From an uncultured Gammaproteobacteria bacterium (GTDB lineage: Bacteria; Patescibacteriota; Patescibacteriia; Magasanikbacterales; JBBTQS01): a stretch of DNA of 64,000 nucleotides. Positions 10,361 to 20,934 of this stretch are shown here, piece by piece; position 1 is the first letter of the stretch; each line of letters opens with the position of its first letter. The position numbers and the translations under genes were made by a program. The notes beneath the pieces were generated by a model. It did not search any database. It had not been told where the DNA came from and was given only the letters and a program-made list of their open reading frames with translations. The stretch is taken from NCBI GenBank assembly GCA_965230935.1, contig OZ246400.1:630359-694358 (forward strand), read 5' to 3'.

Positions 10361-10855
10361 ATGAAACCAACTATCACCTCACCCGCCAAACTCATCTTCT
10401 CCATCGTCATCTGTCAACTTGCCGGTATCTTAGGTTCACTGTTTTCCGCAGGGAGTGTCTCTACATGGTATGCCGCACTTGCCAAACCTGCGCTCACACC
10501 TCCTGGCTGGATCTTTGGACCGGTCTGGATAACACTCTACACCCTTATGGGGGTTGCGCTGTATTTGATATGGCGCCAAAAAATTACCACTAACTCCGCT
10601 CGCAAATCCAAAGTCTTTTCCCTACGTGTGTTTGCCGTACAACTCATTTTGAATGCGATTTGGACGCCAATCTTTTTTGGTGCACATCGAATTGATATCG
10701 CACTGGTAGTAATTATTGCGCTCCTGACCAGTATTGTCTGGACCATGATGCTATTTTTTAAGCAATCCCGTGCCGCCACATATCTGCTTATCCCATATCT
10801 GCTCTGGGTAAGTTTCGCAACGTATCTCAATTATGCATTTTGGATGCTGAATTAA
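10361..10855 (+). CDS. tspO: TspO/MBR family tryptophan-rich sensory protein.
   Basis: 164 aa, 5 TM helices, W/P/Y-rich motifs (LNAIWTPIFFG, YLLWVSFATYLN). The track ORF 10214-10855 overlaps the tRNA, so I trimmed to the ATG at 10361. Confidence 0.7.
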   Translation: MKPTITSPAKLIFSIVICQLAGILGSLFSAGSVSTWYAALAKPALTPPGWIFGPVWITLYTLMGVALYLIWRQKITTNSARKSKVFSLRVFAVQLILNAIWTPIFFGAHRIDIALVVIIALLTSIVWTMMLFFKQSRAATYLLIPYLLWVSFATYLNYAFWMLN

Positions 10856-10858
10856 TCT

Positions 10859-11248
10859 ATGGTCGACGAACAAAAATACAAAGAAAATCTCACCCCAGAA
10901 CAATATGCCGTACTTCGCCAAGGCGCTACTGAACCTGCATACAGTGGGAAGTATTACAAAAACACTGAAGATGGCATGTACCACTGTGGTGCATGTAATG
11001 CACAACTATTTAGCTCAGATGCCAAGTACGACTCTGGAAGTGGCTGGCCAAGTTTTGACTCGCCTACCACTACACAACATGTGAAACTGCTCGAAGACAC
11101 ATCACATGGCATGCACCGCACTGAAGTACGATGTGCTGCCTGTGACTCTCATCTCGGTCATGTGTTTGATGATGGTCCACGCAAAACCACTGGTAAGCGC
11201 TACTGCATCAACTCACTTGCGCTCAATTTTCAAAAACACGAGGGTTAA
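10859..11248 (+). CDS. msrB: Peptide methionine sulfoxide reductase MsrB.
   Basis: 129 aa with GWPSF and [12 protein letters not shown] motifs (SelR fold, zinc-binding CxxC pairs). Confidence 0.9.
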   Translation: MVDEQKYKENLTPEQYAVLRQGATEPAYSGKYYKNTEDGMYHCGACNAQLFSSDAKYDSGSGWPSFDSPTTTQHVKLLEDTSHGMHRTEVRCAACDSHLGHVFDDGPRKTTGKRYCINSLALNFQKHEG

Positions 11249-13437
11249 TTTATCCGCAACAACCGAATCAAATTTGAAAAACTATCAGTCCAGAGCCGGA
11301 CTGGGCTATATTGCGCAACATCTACTGCCGCATCTTGAATTTCTGGCGCAGCAATTGCCTCTGGATTCTTCGCCAACAATACCCATGCGGACGGGAACAC
11401 AAATTCATCCTGCTTTTCAAATCCAATCTTCGTGATTGCCAGATCAAACTCTTGCGCTGCGGCAAGTAACACCGGGTACAAATCCAAATTTCGATTCGAA
11501 ATATGAAACGCGATCACGCCGTTTTCTTGTTCTACGTGGGGCAAATAAATTTCAAGTGCCTCTTTGGTCAATAAATGCACTGGAATGGCATCATCACTAA
11601 AGGCGTCGATTGCCAACACATCAAATGATTGGGCTGCATTGGAATCTAATTCACGCTCAAGCATAATGCGCGCATCACCAGTCACGATATCAACCACTCC
11701 TGGACAATCGCTCAAATAGGTAAAGTACTCTTGTGCAATACGCACCACATCAGAATCAATCTCATAAAATCGATAGTAACTTTCCGGCTCACAATATGCT
11801 GCAAGTGTCCCGACACCAAGACCAATCACTCCCACGCGCATTGGCTCACCCTGTGCTTGCTTTGGATGATGATCCAAAATCAACTGCACTCCACTCCCTT
11901 CGCCATAATAACTTGTTGGCGTACGACGTAGCTCATCACTCATAAACTGTTTCCCATGCAAAATCACCCCATGATGTAATGTTCGTGCAGCACCATGCGC
12001 GCTCAATCGCTCTCGCACGCGCAGTACCCCATAAAAATTCCGGGTAGTCACGATAGCATCTGACAAAAACAACTGCACATGCAACACCGCGATAATTAAG
12101 GTGAAGCTCAGTAGGATACTCAGCCCAACACGCCGTTTGCGCGTTTTAAAATATAGTGTCTCTTGCAAAAAGTTTTTGCCTGGTTGATACAACAACACAA
12201 ACAATGCCAAGAAAAAACTCACCGCAAGCGCAATATGATATTCCCAGTACCCACTAAACACTTGCGGTGCAACAATACCAACGAGAATACCACCAAGCGC
12301 CCCACCGAGCGAGACCATCAAATACATGCCGGTTAGGTACTTTGGATGCGGACGCCTGCGATAGATTTCTCCATGACAAACCATGGCACAAGAAAAAAGT
12401 AATACCATTTGTGCAGCCACGTACACCCATGGCACCGTCGCGGTAAACAGCACCAGCAACGCGGCAAATACACTCAGCAGCAATGCGATGCCATAAAGAC
12501 TACGCGTGTACATCTTGGCTGAACTAAACGTCAAAATAAACGACAACAAGTACAGTACGAGCGGCAGTAACCACAAGAACGGCACTGCGGCAATACCTTG
12601 GGTGATCTGTGCAGTTGTGACGAGCAACATTACCGACGCCAATGTTGCCAATCCAACCCACATGCCGTATCGCCTCCAAGATGGACGTGATGATTTTGGC
12701 TGCGCGTCGTGCTGGGCAACGATCTCTGTATTGACTACTTTGTGTGAGCCCCGGGCACTACATCGCCGTAACAATACCATTGCTCCAAACATGCCAACGA
12801 TGTATATCACATACAACACACCCCATGCGATGTGCTGCATACTCGTATGTAAAAAAGGTTCAATCAAGAATGGGTAACTTACCAGCGCCAACACCCCACC
12901 AAGATTGGATAATGCATAAAGTTTATACGGAGATTCCCCTTGATGAATATCACTGAACCATCGCTGGAGTAGTGAGCTGGTAGTGGCAAGCACTCCATAG
13001 GGAAGCCCGATTATCAAACCCAAAATCGTTAATACTGCGAGTGTTGGAGATGCGCTATCTATTGCCACAAGAGTCCCAAATGATGTCATAGGTGAAACAC
13101 CCATTGCCATGCCATATCCAATAAACGCAAGTAGCGCAAACGCCCCAATCAGCAACACACTATGTACCCATATCTGTACGCGAGGTGTCCATTTCACTAT
13201 CACATGGGCATACCCATATCCAACAAGGAGCACCACCATAAAAAACATCATGCTCACGGTCCAAACCGAACTACTGCCACCAAACAAAGGAAGCAACAAC
13301 TTTCCCATAATCGGCTGAATCTGAAATAACAAAAACGATCCTAAAAAAATCGTTGCCCCGAAGAGCAAGCGAATCGCTTTTGATGATGGTGCAAGCACAT
13401 GAGACATAGCAGTATTGTACCCAAAACCATGATACAC
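11245..13437 (-). CDS. Spermidine/spermine synthase-like aminopropyltransferase fused to a large N-terminal polytopic membrane domain.
   Basis: 730 aa. The C-terminal region [14 protein letters not shown] ... [18 protein letters not shown] matches the spermidine synthase fold. The N-terminal part has about 12 predicted TM helices. Confidence 0.65.
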   Translation of the reverse strand: MYHGFGYNTAMSHVLAPSSKAIRLLFGATIFLGSFLLFQIQPIMGKLLLPLFGGSSSVWTVSMMFFMVVLLVGYGYAHVIVKWTPRVQIWVHSVLLIGAFALLAFIGYGMAMGVSPMTSFGTLVAIDSASPTLAVLTILGLIIGLPYGVLATTSSLLQRWFSDIHQGESPYKLYALSNLGGVLALVSYPFLIEPFLHTSMQHIAWGVLYVIYIVGMFGAMVLLRRCSARGSHKVVNTEIVAQHDAQPKSSRPSWRRYGMWVGLATLASVMLLVTTAQITQGIAAVPFLWLLPLVLYLLSFILTFSSAKMYTRSLYGIALLLSVFAALLVLFTATVPWVYVAAQMVLLFSCAMVCHGEIYRRRPHPKYLTGMYLMVSLGGALGGILVGIVAPQVFSGYWEYHIALAVSFFLALFVLLYQPGKNFLQETLYFKTRKRRVGLSILLSFTLIIAVLHVQLFLSDAIVTTRNFYGVLRVRERLSAHGAARTLHHGVILHGKQFMSDELRRTPTSYYGEGSGVQLILDHHPKQAQGEPMRVGVIGLGVGTLAAYCEPESYYRFYEIDSDVVRIAQEYFTYLSDCPGVVDIVTGDARIMLERELDSNAAQSFDVLAIDAFSDDAIPVHLLTKEALEIYLPHVEQENGVIAFHISNRNLDLYPVLLAAAQEFDLAITKIGFEKQDEFVFPSAWVLLAKNPEAIAAPEIQDAAVDVAQYSPVRLWTDSFSNLIRLLRIN

Positions 13438-13464
13438 TACAATTGTAATTTCTAATTTACTTTT

Positions 13465-13881
13465 ATGTTTTCACTTGAGGTATCGTACCTTGGTGTGTTC
13501 CTTGCCGCCATTGCCGCCATGATTGTTGGTGGACTATGGTACTCACCACTCCTTTTCGGGAACCATTGGGTTAAACTGATGGGCTATTCAAAAGCTGATG
13601 TTGAAGCAGCCAAGAAAAAGGGTATGGCACGCGGTTATGCACTTGGGTTTGTCAGTGCACTACTCACCAGCTGGGTACTGGCATTACTTATCCTGTGGTT
13701 TGGTGCTACTAACTATGCTGCTGCTGCACAACTGGCCTTTTGGGTATGGCTTGGATTCAACGTCACTATTTTCTTGCACAACATTGCCTGGGAAAACAAA
13801 CCTTGGGGACTGTTTGTCATTAATGCACTCCACAATCTGGTTTCGCTACTAGTTGCTGCTGCGATCCTCCTTGCGCTGTAA
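13465..13881 (+). CDS. Small membrane protein (DUF1761-like).
   Basis: 138 aa with hydrophobic helices and a GGLWYSPLLFG motif. Confidence 0.45.
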   Translation: MFSLEVSYLGVFLAAIAAMIVGGLWYSPLLFGNHWVKLMGYSKADVEAAKKKGMARGYALGFVSALLTSWVLALLILWFGATNYAAAAQLAFWVWLGFNVTIFLHNIAWENKPWGLFVINALHNLVSLLVAAAILLAL

Positions 13882-13892
13882 AGCTAAAAGAC

Positions 13893-13920
13893 AAAACACC
13901 GCGAACATGCGGTGTTTTGT
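13893..13920. terminator. Bidirectional intrinsic terminator.
   Basis: aaaacaccgcg-aacat-gcggtgtttt hairpin between convergent genes. Confidence 0.55.
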
Positions 13921-13930
13921 ATTGCGTCAA

Positions 13931-15109
13931 CTACTTTTTTGGCTCTTCTATTTCATCAGAAAACCCAAACCGCACAATAAATGGAACAAGTAATGTCGTC
14001 AAAACACAAACCAAAATCATCGCGGTCAACAACGTATTGTCGAGTAAGCCAATAGCATTTGCGGCATATGCAGCGGCCAGCGTTGTAGTCAACTGCGTAA
14101 TCGTGACGACACCAAAAATCCCGGCATCGCGTTTATGCATTTTGGACAACCGCGCAGCCAAATAACCACTCAAAATTTTACTAATAATCAACCCGATAGG
14201 TAACACAATAATAATTAGATTCTGGAAATTAATCTTTCTGAAGATGGTAAGATCCATTTCCATTCCAACAACAAAAAAGAAAATAGGAACAAACAATCCG
14301 TAGCCTAACGTATTAATTTTGCCAAAAATTTCTTTTGACGAAAGCTGATCTGCCAAGAGCATACCCACCAGAAAGGCAGCGAGAATTGGATGAACACCAA
14401 GCAAGGAGAAGAGTGCGAGTACTGCCATGAGCACCACAATGATAAAACGCAATCGCGCTTCATGCTCTGCATCTTTAAAAATCCGTCGACGCTTAATAAA
14501 GTAATGGCCCAATTTTGGCAAGACCATTTTGAGTGCCACAAATGCCAGTAACAGCACAACAATATATACTGGGAGAGAAAGATCAACAATAGGTGCGAAT
14601 CGGTGAAATACGATTGCGAGCAACACCAAACTTATGGCATCTTGCACCACCACAGATGAAACAAACAAATCTTTGGCATGTGTTGAAATTTTTACGTTCT
14701 TGAGCACCGGAATGATGATGGCCACTGACGATGAGATAAAGATGATTCCTACCAAAATTGAAGTGGTCCATGAGTACCCAAACCACAGTGCGGTCGACAT
14801 TCCAAATACAAACGGAATAATCGCATTGATTGTGGACATGAGCGTGATGCTGCGCACGGAATGTTCGATATCATATGGACGCGCTTCAAGACCAGCAAGC
14901 AACATCAAAAATGTAAATCCCAAAAACCCAAAAAAGTCTACAATTTCGTTTGTTTGAATCCAATCAAGCCCAAATGGGCCCAAAATCGCTCCCAAGACAA
15001 TTACTGTGCTGACAAAAGGAACCTGAAACTTTCGAAATAACTCCGGGATCACGAGCCCAACGAAAAGAATGATAAAGAGGATCAATAATGTGTGTTCGGT
15101 TCCGGCCAT
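13931..15109 (-). CDS. Cation:proton antiporter (Na+/H+ exchanger family).
   Basis: 392 aa, about 11 TM helices, Na_H_Exchanger-like N-terminal region. Confidence 0.8.
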   Translation of the reverse strand: MAGTEHTLLILFIILFVGLVIPELFRKFQVPFVSTVIVLGAILGPFGLDWIQTNEIVDFFGFLGFTFLMLLAGLEARPYDIEHSVRSITLMSTINAIIPFVFGMSTALWFGYSWTTSILVGIIFISSSVAIIIPVLKNVKISTHAKDLFVSSVVVQDAISLVLLAIVFHRFAPIVDLSLPVYIVVLLLAFVALKMVLPKLGHYFIKRRRIFKDAEHEARLRFIIVVLMAVLALFSLLGVHPILAAFLVGMLLADQLSSKEIFGKINTLGYGLFVPIFFFVVGMEMDLTIFRKINFQNLIIIVLPIGLIISKILSGYLAARLSKMHKRDAGIFGVVTITQLTTTLAAAYAANAIGLLDNTLLTAMILVCVLTTLLVPFIVRFGFSDEIEEPKK

Positions 15110-15144
15110 AGTAGCTACAGTGTACCATATTTTGTATACTTCTT

Positions 15145-15771
15145 ATGAACCATAATCATATGAAAAAACTTATTAAACTTATTATTCTTATTTTGGTGAT
15201 CTGGTTTGGATACAAACTGATTTCACCAGCATTTATTACTAAGACCGTGGACGAAGCATTGCCAGAAGAACTCACGCCAATTGTTGAGAAACTCATGGAG
15301 CAAGCCACTCCTGAGATGAAAGATAAATTTATGGAGGAGATGAAAGAAATTGCAACCAAAGTTGTTGAGGTCGCTGAAACGATGAACGAACCTAAAGCAG
15401 ACTCGGAAGAAGAACCAAAACAAGCAACCGGTCCGCAGCTGATCGGCTCAGGAAACTTTACCGACGTGGCCCATCACGGCAGAGGTTTAGCAAAACTGTT
15501 TGCATTTGAAGACGGCAACGCACTCATTCGACTACAAGACCTTGATGTGCTTAATGGTCCTGACTTGCGTGTGTTGCTCTCAAAAAGCGAGAACGTGCAA
15601 TCATCAGATGATCTAGGCGAATATGTTGAGTTTGGCAAACTCAAAGGCAACAAAGGGAACCAAAATTACGAACTTACTCTTGAGGGCGATACTGATATCA
15701 GTGAATACCGATCTGTAGTAATCTATTGTAAGCCGTTTAGTGTGGTGTTCAACAGCGCAAGCCTGCAATAA
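15145..15771 (+). CDS. DM13 domain-containing secreted/anchored protein.
   Basis: 208 aa. N-terminal TM/signal and a Glu/Lys-rich linker. The C-terminus GSGNFTDVAHHGRGLAKLF...DGNALIRLQDLDVLNGPDLRV fits the DM13 motif pattern. Confidence 0.5.
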   Translation: MNHNHMKKLIKLIILILVIWFGYKLISPAFITKTVDEALPEELTPIVEKLMEQATPEMKDKFMEEMKEIATKVVEVAETMNEPKADSEEEPKQATGPQLIGSGNFTDVAHHGRGLAKLFAFEDGNALIRLQDLDVLNGPDLRVLLSKSENVQSSDDLGEYVEFGKLKGNKGNQNYELTLEGDTDISEYRSVVIYCKPFSVVFNSASLQ

Positions 15772-15786
15772 ACCTGAGGTCTCACC

Positions 15787-15817
15787 AAAACACACACCTT
15801 AATAGGGTGTGTGTTTT
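15787..15817 (+). terminator. Intrinsic terminator.
   Basis: aaaacacacacc-ttaata-gggtgtgtgtttt. Confidence 0.6.
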
Positions 15818-15821
15818 AGGT

Positions 15822-15851
15822 TTGACAGCAATCGATATGATTTTGTATGAT
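15822..15851 (+). promoter_or_regulatory. Sigma70-type promoter for the liv operon.
   Basis: TTGACA, an 18-nt spacer, then TATGAT. An SD-like GGGGAGGG lies before the ATG at 15910. Confidence 0.45.
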
Positions 15852-15909
15852 TCTTGTGTACACAGCTCATTGAATTGGGGAGGGATTTTAGAAACTAATA
15901 CATAATTGT

Positions 15910-17067
15910 ATGGATAATACTACAAAATCACTGCTCGGCGTGATCGTCTTGATCCTCGTCGTTTGGGGGGGATACACCCTCTTTAGTGCGCAAGAAACTA
16001 CTGCGCCAACTGATACTCCGGCTGAGAACAACACGCCGGAAAGTACCGACCCGATTAAGGTTGGCCTGTCACTTCCACTCACTGGCGAAGCTGCGAGCTA
16101 CGGCGACGCCATGCTTGGTGGTGCCGAACTCGCCATAAAAGAAATCAATGATGGCGGCGGAGTCAATGGCCGCCTTCTCGAATTGGTGCTTGAAGATGAC
16201 CAATGCGGACCAAGTGGTGCGGAAAGTTACAACAAACTTGTGAACATTGATAAAGTTCATGTTATCGTTGGTCCACTCTGTTCTGCAGCAGCAGGTCCAG
16301 CTCTTCCAATTGCACAAGAAGCAAAAATCCCCACACTTGTTCTTGGTTCTGCGCCTGCACTTACCGCAACAGGTGATTATGTATTCCGAAACTATCCATC
16401 AGACTCCTTTCAAGGTAAGTTTGCTGCGGAATATATCTACAATACATTAGGCAAACGTAAAGCATCAGTTATATATGTAAAAAACGATTGGGGACAGGGT
16501 TTGCATGATGTATTTTCTGCACGTTTTGAAGAGCTTGGTGGTGAAGTCGTACATGCAGAAAGTGTTCTACAAGATGCAACAGACTTACGAACACAACTCA
16601 CAAAAGCAAAATCAGCTGAACCCGATGTATTATACGTGCCTCTCTATCCTCAAGGTGGTGTCGCCGGGCTTAAACAGATCAAAGAAATTGGCCTCGATGT
16701 AACCGTAGTTGGTGGGGATGCATTTGACACCAATGAAATCTCAGATCTAGAAGCGGCCAATGGTGTAATCTACACTATTGCAAAAACAGATCTTCCTGAG
16801 GGCTTCAAAAACAATGTTAAAGAAGTGTCTGGAAAAGATGCAAATACTTTCTCCCCATTTGTATATGATGCGATCAACATCTTTGCAAAAGTCATGAGAG
16901 AAGTGGGAACTGACCAAGCAGCTATCCGCGATGCATTGGTTACGGTATCTCATAAGGGTATCGCCGTCCCCATGATTGAATTTGACCAGCAAGGCGATCT
17001 CAAAGCGGTTGACTTTTCTGTAAAAATCATCAACGACGGTGAGGTCAATGATTACGTGGCAGAATAA
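15910..17067 (+). CDS. livJ: Branched-chain amino acid ABC transporter substrate-binding protein (LivJ/LivK family).
   Basis: 385 aa. Signal/TM at the N-terminus. IKVGLSLPLTGEAASYGDAMLGGAELAIKEINDGGGVNGR is the Leu/Ile/Val-binding protein signature. Confidence 0.85.
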   Translation: MDNTTKSLLGVIVLILVVWGGYTLFSAQETTAPTDTPAENNTPESTDPIKVGLSLPLTGEAASYGDAMLGGAELAIKEINDGGGVNGRLLELVLEDDQCGPSGAESYNKLVNIDKVHVIVGPLCSAAAGPALPIAQEAKIPTLVLGSAPALTATGDYVFRNYPSDSFQGKFAAEYIYNTLGKRKASVIYVKNDWGQGLHDVFSARFEELGGEVVHAESVLQDATDLRTQLTKAKSAEPDVLYVPLYPQGGVAGLKQIKEIGLDVTVVGGDAFDTNEISDLEAANGVIYTIAKTDLPEGFKNNVKEVSGKDANTFSPFVYDAINIFAKVMREVGTDQAAIRDALVTVSHKGIAVPMIEFDQQGDLKAVDFSVKIINDGEVNDYVAE

Positions 17068-17088
17068 CTCCACACGCCTTAATTAGAA

Positions 17089-17120
17089 ACGAAATCCTGC
17101 TGGCTGCTTGCCAGCAGGAT
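17089..17120 (+). terminator. Intercistronic hairpin (partial terminator/attenuator) between livJ and livH.
   Basis: aaatcctgctggc-tgcttg-ccagcaggatttt is a perfect 13-bp stem followed by a T run. Confidence 0.5.
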
Positions 17121-17162
17121 TTTGTAATTGATCACACATAACGAAGATGGTATCCTACTCCT

Positions 17163-18029
17163 ATGGAAATTGTGGCTCAAATTACAATAAATGGACTCAT
17201 CGCAGCCGGTCTCTACGCTCTTATCGCACTCGGCTTTAACTTGATATATGGCGCAACCAAATTTTTTAATTTGGCTCATGGTGTGATGGCAACTGTAGGT
17301 GGCTACACAGTGTTCTTTTATAGTGGGGAATTAGGGTGGAATATCTGGTTTGGAATCATTTTTGGTGTTGCTGTTGCTGGGGCAGTCGGGTATCTTCTTG
17401 ACATCTTAGTCTACCGACCTCTTCGAAAACGAAAAGCTACAGCATTAGTATTACTCGTTGCATCACTCGGCGTTTTCACAGCACTGCAATCTTTTATTGG
17501 TATTCTGTTTGGAAATCAATTTAAGACTTTACCTAGTCTCACCAAAAACTTTCGCACCTACGAAATCTTTGGAGCAACAATTACACCCGTACAACTGACA
17601 ATTATTATCGTTGCCATACTCTGTACATTTGGGTTAGCACTCACACTCAAGCACACCCTTTTTGGAAAGTCTATTAAGGCGATCAGTGATGATGAAGAAG
17701 TCTCAAAGATTATAGGGATCAACACCAATAGAATTATAGGTTTAATTTTTTTCATCGGTTCTTCAATCGCCGGAATCGCAGGCATATTGATTGGGTTTGA
17801 TACAGGTCTACAACCAACCATGGGTCTCCCCATCTTACTCAAGGGAATCATTGCTGCAATCATTGGAGGTGTTGGCAACCTTTGGGGTGGGATACTTGGC
17901 GCCCTCTTACTCGGATTGGTAGAAAACTTTGGCATTTGGCATATTCCTGGAGAATGGAAAGACGTCATAGCCTTTGCATTATTGATACTCTTTCTGATTT
18001 TCAGACCAGAAGGAATTCTAAAAAAATAG
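17163..18029 (+). CDS. livH: Branched-chain amino acid ABC transporter permease LivH.
   Basis: 288 aa polytopic permease with BPD_transp_2-type sequence. Confidence 0.85.
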   Translation: MEIVAQITINGLIAAGLYALIALGFNLIYGATKFFNLAHGVMATVGGYTVFFYSGELGWNIWFGIIFGVAVAGAVGYLLDILVYRPLRKRKATALVLLVASLGVFTALQSFIGILFGNQFKTLPSLTKNFRTYEIFGATITPVQLTIIIVAILCTFGLALTLKHTLFGKSIKAISDDEEVSKIIGINTNRIIGLIFFIGSSIAGIAGILIGFDTGLQPTMGLPILLKGIIAAIIGGVGNLWGGILGALLLGLVENFGIWHIPGEWKDVIAFALLILFLIFRPEGILKK

Positions 18030-18030
18030 T

Positions 18031-18897
18031 ATGGACTATATTCTTCATTTGGCAATACTATCATCCATATTTGGCATCCTAACCGTAAGTCTAAACTTGG
18101 TAATGGGCTACACGGGGCTTTTATCAATCACTCATGCCGCGTTTTATGGTATTGGAGCATATACGAGTGCTATCTTGGCTAAAACATACGGGTTTGATTT
18201 CTTCATAGCAATGGGTAGTGGTGTCATCTCTTCTATGATCATAGCATTCCTCATTGGCGTGATCATGTCCAAATTCCGAGACGATTATTACGCTTTGGCT
18301 TCACTGGGATTTAGTATAATCGCATTTGGGATCATGCTTAACTGGCAGGAACTTACCAACGGCCCATTTGGAATTCCCGGCATACCAAAACCCACTCTCT
18401 TTGGCGCTAAAATAGTAGAATCTGACCAATTTTTCATTTTTTCTATTTTGTTCCTTATTGTGATCTTTCTTCTTGCGCACTCTATAAGTAAATCGTCATT
18501 TGGTCGTGTGTTAAAAACAATCAGAGAAGACGAAAAGACAATAAAGATATTTGGATACAACACTCTATACTACAAATTAGCCATCTTCGTTATTACAGCT
18601 GGAATGGCTGCTATTGCCGGATCACTCTATGCATCATATATTTCCTTCATTGACCCAGCAACATTTAACGTTATGGAATCGGTTTTTATCATTGCAATGA
18701 TTATTCTTGGAGGCTTAGCTAATAACAAAGGTGCGGTGATCGGAGCGGTTATTTTCATTCTCCTCCCAGAACTTCTTCGTTTTGTTGGCTTCCCGGATTC
18801 AATTGCCGGTCACATGCGCCAAGTAATCTATGGACTAGCATTAGTTCTCCTCATGCTCTACCGCCCACAAGGCCTCTTTGGAGAATACAAATTGTAA
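18031..18897 (+). CDS. livM: Branched-chain amino acid ABC transporter permease LivM.
   Basis: 288 aa polytopic. Second permease of the Liv system. Confidence 0.85.
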   Translation: MDYILHLAILSSIFGILTVSLNLVMGYTGLLSITHAAFYGIGAYTSAILAKTYGFDFFIAMGSGVISSMIIAFLIGVIMSKFRDDYYALASLGFSIIAFGIMLNWQELTNGPFGIPGIPKPTLFGAKIVESDQFFIFSILFLIVIFLLAHSISKSSFGRVLKTIREDEKTIKIFGYNTLYYKLAIFVITAGMAAIAGSLYASYISFIDPATFNVMESVFIIAMIILGGLANNKGAVIGAVIFILLPELLRFVGFPDSIAGHMRQVIYGLALVLLMLYRPQGLFGEYKL

Positions 18898-18898
18898 T

Positions 18899-19630
18899 AT
18901 GCCTATCCTCTCCACCCACAACCTTCAAAAACACTTTGACGGCGTGCACGCAGTAGACCATGTTTCTTTAGATTTTGAGGCCGGCAAAATCACCAGCATC
19001 ATTGGACCAAACGGATCTGGGAAAACCACATTCATGAACACCATCAGCGGGTGGTATGACATGGATGGTGGAAATGTGACCATCGGCGGGGTAAAACTTT
19101 CCAAAATAAAACCACACCAAATCGCTACCTATGGCATGACGCGCACCTTCCAACGTGTACGCCTTTTCGAACAAATCACTGTCCTCGACAATATCCTTGT
19201 TGTACTTACAGAACGCAATGTATTTGGCGCACTCTTTGAATCACACAAAGATCTGCATATGAAGCAGGCGCAAGAAGTGCTCGAGCGAGTTGATCTGTGG
19301 AGCAAACGCAACGCTCTTGCAAGCGAACTCTCCTATGGCCAACGCAAACTTCTTGAAGTCGCACGCACACTTGCCATGAAAGCTGATATTTACCTTCTTG
19401 ATGAACCATTTGCCGGTTTATTTCCTGAAATGAAAAAACTTCTCGTAGAGATTGTTAAGGAGTTACGTGAGAAGGACTCGACCATCTTACTGATCACCCA
19501 TAGCATGGATCTGATTCGCGAACTCTCGGATTATGTCTATGTTATGGATGCCGGAAAACTACTTGCACAAGGCAAAGCAGAAGAAGTGTTGGAGCAACGC
19601 GATGTTATTGAAGCGTATCTTGGTGAATAA
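18899..19630 (+). CDS. livG: Branched-chain amino acid ABC transporter ATP-binding protein LivG.
   Basis: Walker A GPNGSGKTT, signature LSYGQRK, Walker B LLDEP. The track start at 18878 overlaps livM. The ATG at 18899 (MPILSTHNL) fits better. Confidence 0.9.
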   Translation: MPILSTHNLQKHFDGVHAVDHVSLDFEAGKITSIIGPNGSGKTTFMNTISGWYDMDGGNVTIGGVKLSKIKPHQIATYGMTRTFQRVRLFEQITVLDNILVVLTERNVFGALFESHKDLHMKQAQEVLERVDLWSKRNALASELSYGQRKLLEVARTLAMKADIYLLDEPFAGLFPEMKKLLVEIVKELREKDSTILLITHSMDLIRELSDYVYVMDAGKLLAQGKAEEVLEQRDVIEAYLGE

Positions 19631-19632
19631 TT

Positions 19633-20358
19633 ATGCGTGAAACATTATTACAACTCAAAGACATCTCGGTTCACTATGGTGGTTTGCAAGCGCTCGATAA
19701 GGTCAATCTTCATATTGATGAAGGAGAGGTGGTGGCGGTAATGGGACCAAATGGCGCAGGAAAATCAACGGTGCTTAAATCCATCTTTGGCTTAACTCCA
19801 ATCACCAGCGGCCAAGTGCGCTACCATGAAACACCGATCAAACCGATCCCACACGAAATCGTGCATAAAGGCATTGCATTTGTGCCCCAAGGCCGTCGTG
19901 TGTTTACCCATCTGACGGTCGAGGAAAACCTGGAAATCGGCGGCTGGATTGTACGCGACAAAAAGGAACTCAAACGTCGCATGGACGAGGTGATGGAAAC
20001 ATTCCCAGCGCTCAAGCAAAAACGCAAAGATAAATCAGGTGTGCTCTCCGGCGGACAACAACAAATGCTCGCGGTAGCGCGAGGGCTTATGGTTGATCCA
20101 AAAATTTTACTTCTCGACGAACCAACACTCGGCCTTTCCCCAAAGTTGGTTAAAGACATGTTTGCCACCATCAAATCGATCAACGAACGACATAACACTG
20201 CAATTATGGTAGTGGAGCATAACGTCAAATCTCTTCTTGGTATTGTGCAACGCGCGTATGTGCTCGACAAAGGACAGGTGGTGTATGAAAACAATACCGA
20301 TACACTGATCAAAAGTGGGGTGTTAGAGAAAGTATTTGTGGGGAAGCCGATTAACTAA
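19633..20358 (+). CDS. livF: Branched-chain amino acid ABC transporter ATP-binding protein LivF.
   Basis: Walker A GPNGAGKST, signature LSGGQQQ, Walker B LLDEP. Confidence 0.9.
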   Translation: MRETLLQLKDISVHYGGLQALDKVNLHIDEGEVVAVMGPNGAGKSTVLKSIFGLTPITSGQVRYHETPIKPIPHEIVHKGIAFVPQGRRVFTHLTVEENLEIGGWIVRDKKELKRRMDEVMETFPALKQKRKDKSGVLSGGQQQMLAVARGLMVDPKILLLDEPTLGLSPKLVKDMFATIKSINERHNTAIMVVEHNVKSLLGIVQRAYVLDKGQVVYENNTDTLIKSGVLEKVFVGKPIN

Positions 20359-20380
20359 TTCTATTCATATTCTGTATATC

Positions 20381-20408
20381 AAACCCGTGCCAGTTCTGGC
20401 GCGGGTTT
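20381..20408. terminator. Bidirectional hairpin terminating both livF and the GC-rich gene at 20434-20934.
   Basis: aaacccgtgcc-agttct-ggcgcgggttt is followed on the plus strand by the GT tract gatgttgtgtattgtgtgtga. The same tract read on the minus strand is the CA-rich motif directly after the cassette stop codon. Confidence 0.5.
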
Positions 20409-20433
20409 GATGTTGTGTATTGTGTGTGACTGC

Positions 20434-20934
20434 TCACGGCAGCGGACCCCACCTTGCAGCATGAGAAGCTTGCTCGGCAGGAAACGTACAGCACATCATG
20501 CCAGTTGGTGATACCGGTTCATCGCCGTCAGCATCCCGGAACGAGCGAACCCGCGCATGCTCTCGCTCTAAATCACTAACAGTGAAAGCACAAGCAAGAG
20601 AATCGATCGTTGTGATCCCAAGATGTGCACACATCTGGTTCGTTGGGACGTACATGTGCGGAGAAGTTCGGGCAAGACGGGCAGGGTCAATCTCACCAAC
20701 GGTCACCTGAGAACCAAAGTACCCCATCCAGAAGTCGTCACCCCCCTTTAGGACATATTGTGGTACCATTCCTGGCTTCCAAAGCCACAAAATGAACCAC
20801 GAGACCCATTTGTACTCCATGCTTGGCGGGTACACGACGGCATACCCTGGGACAACCTCAATGGTGTGCTCAGCAGGATTCCACCGCTCTGTGGGATCGC
20901 CAAGCTTTTCCATTGATAAACGCAACACTTCCAT
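20434..20934 (-). CDS. Hypothetical protein, GC-rich cassette A (166 aa), no recognisable family.
   Basis: ORF at about 62% GC against a roughly 43% backbone. Strong SD AAGGAGGGG 6 nt upstream of the ATG at 20932-20934. -10 TATAAAT (plus strand 20959-20965) with a weak -35. No motif I recognise (MEVLRLSMEKLGDPTERWNPAEH...). Confidence 0.55.
   Translation of the reverse strand: MEVLRLSMEKLGDPTERWNPAEHTIEVVPGYAVVYPPSMEYKWVSWFILWLWKPGMVPQYVLKGGDDFWMGYFGSQVTVGEIDPARLARTSPHMYVPTNQMCAHLGITTIDSLACAFTVSDLEREHARVRSFRDADGDEPVSPTGMMCCTFPAEQASHAARWGPLP

Noticed and set aside
17558-20312. Antisense ORFs inside livH/livM/livF (17558-18127 -, 19821-20312 -, 19792-20019 -).
   Set aside because: They overlap well-supported ABC transporter genes on the opposite strand and have low-complexity translations with no start signals.
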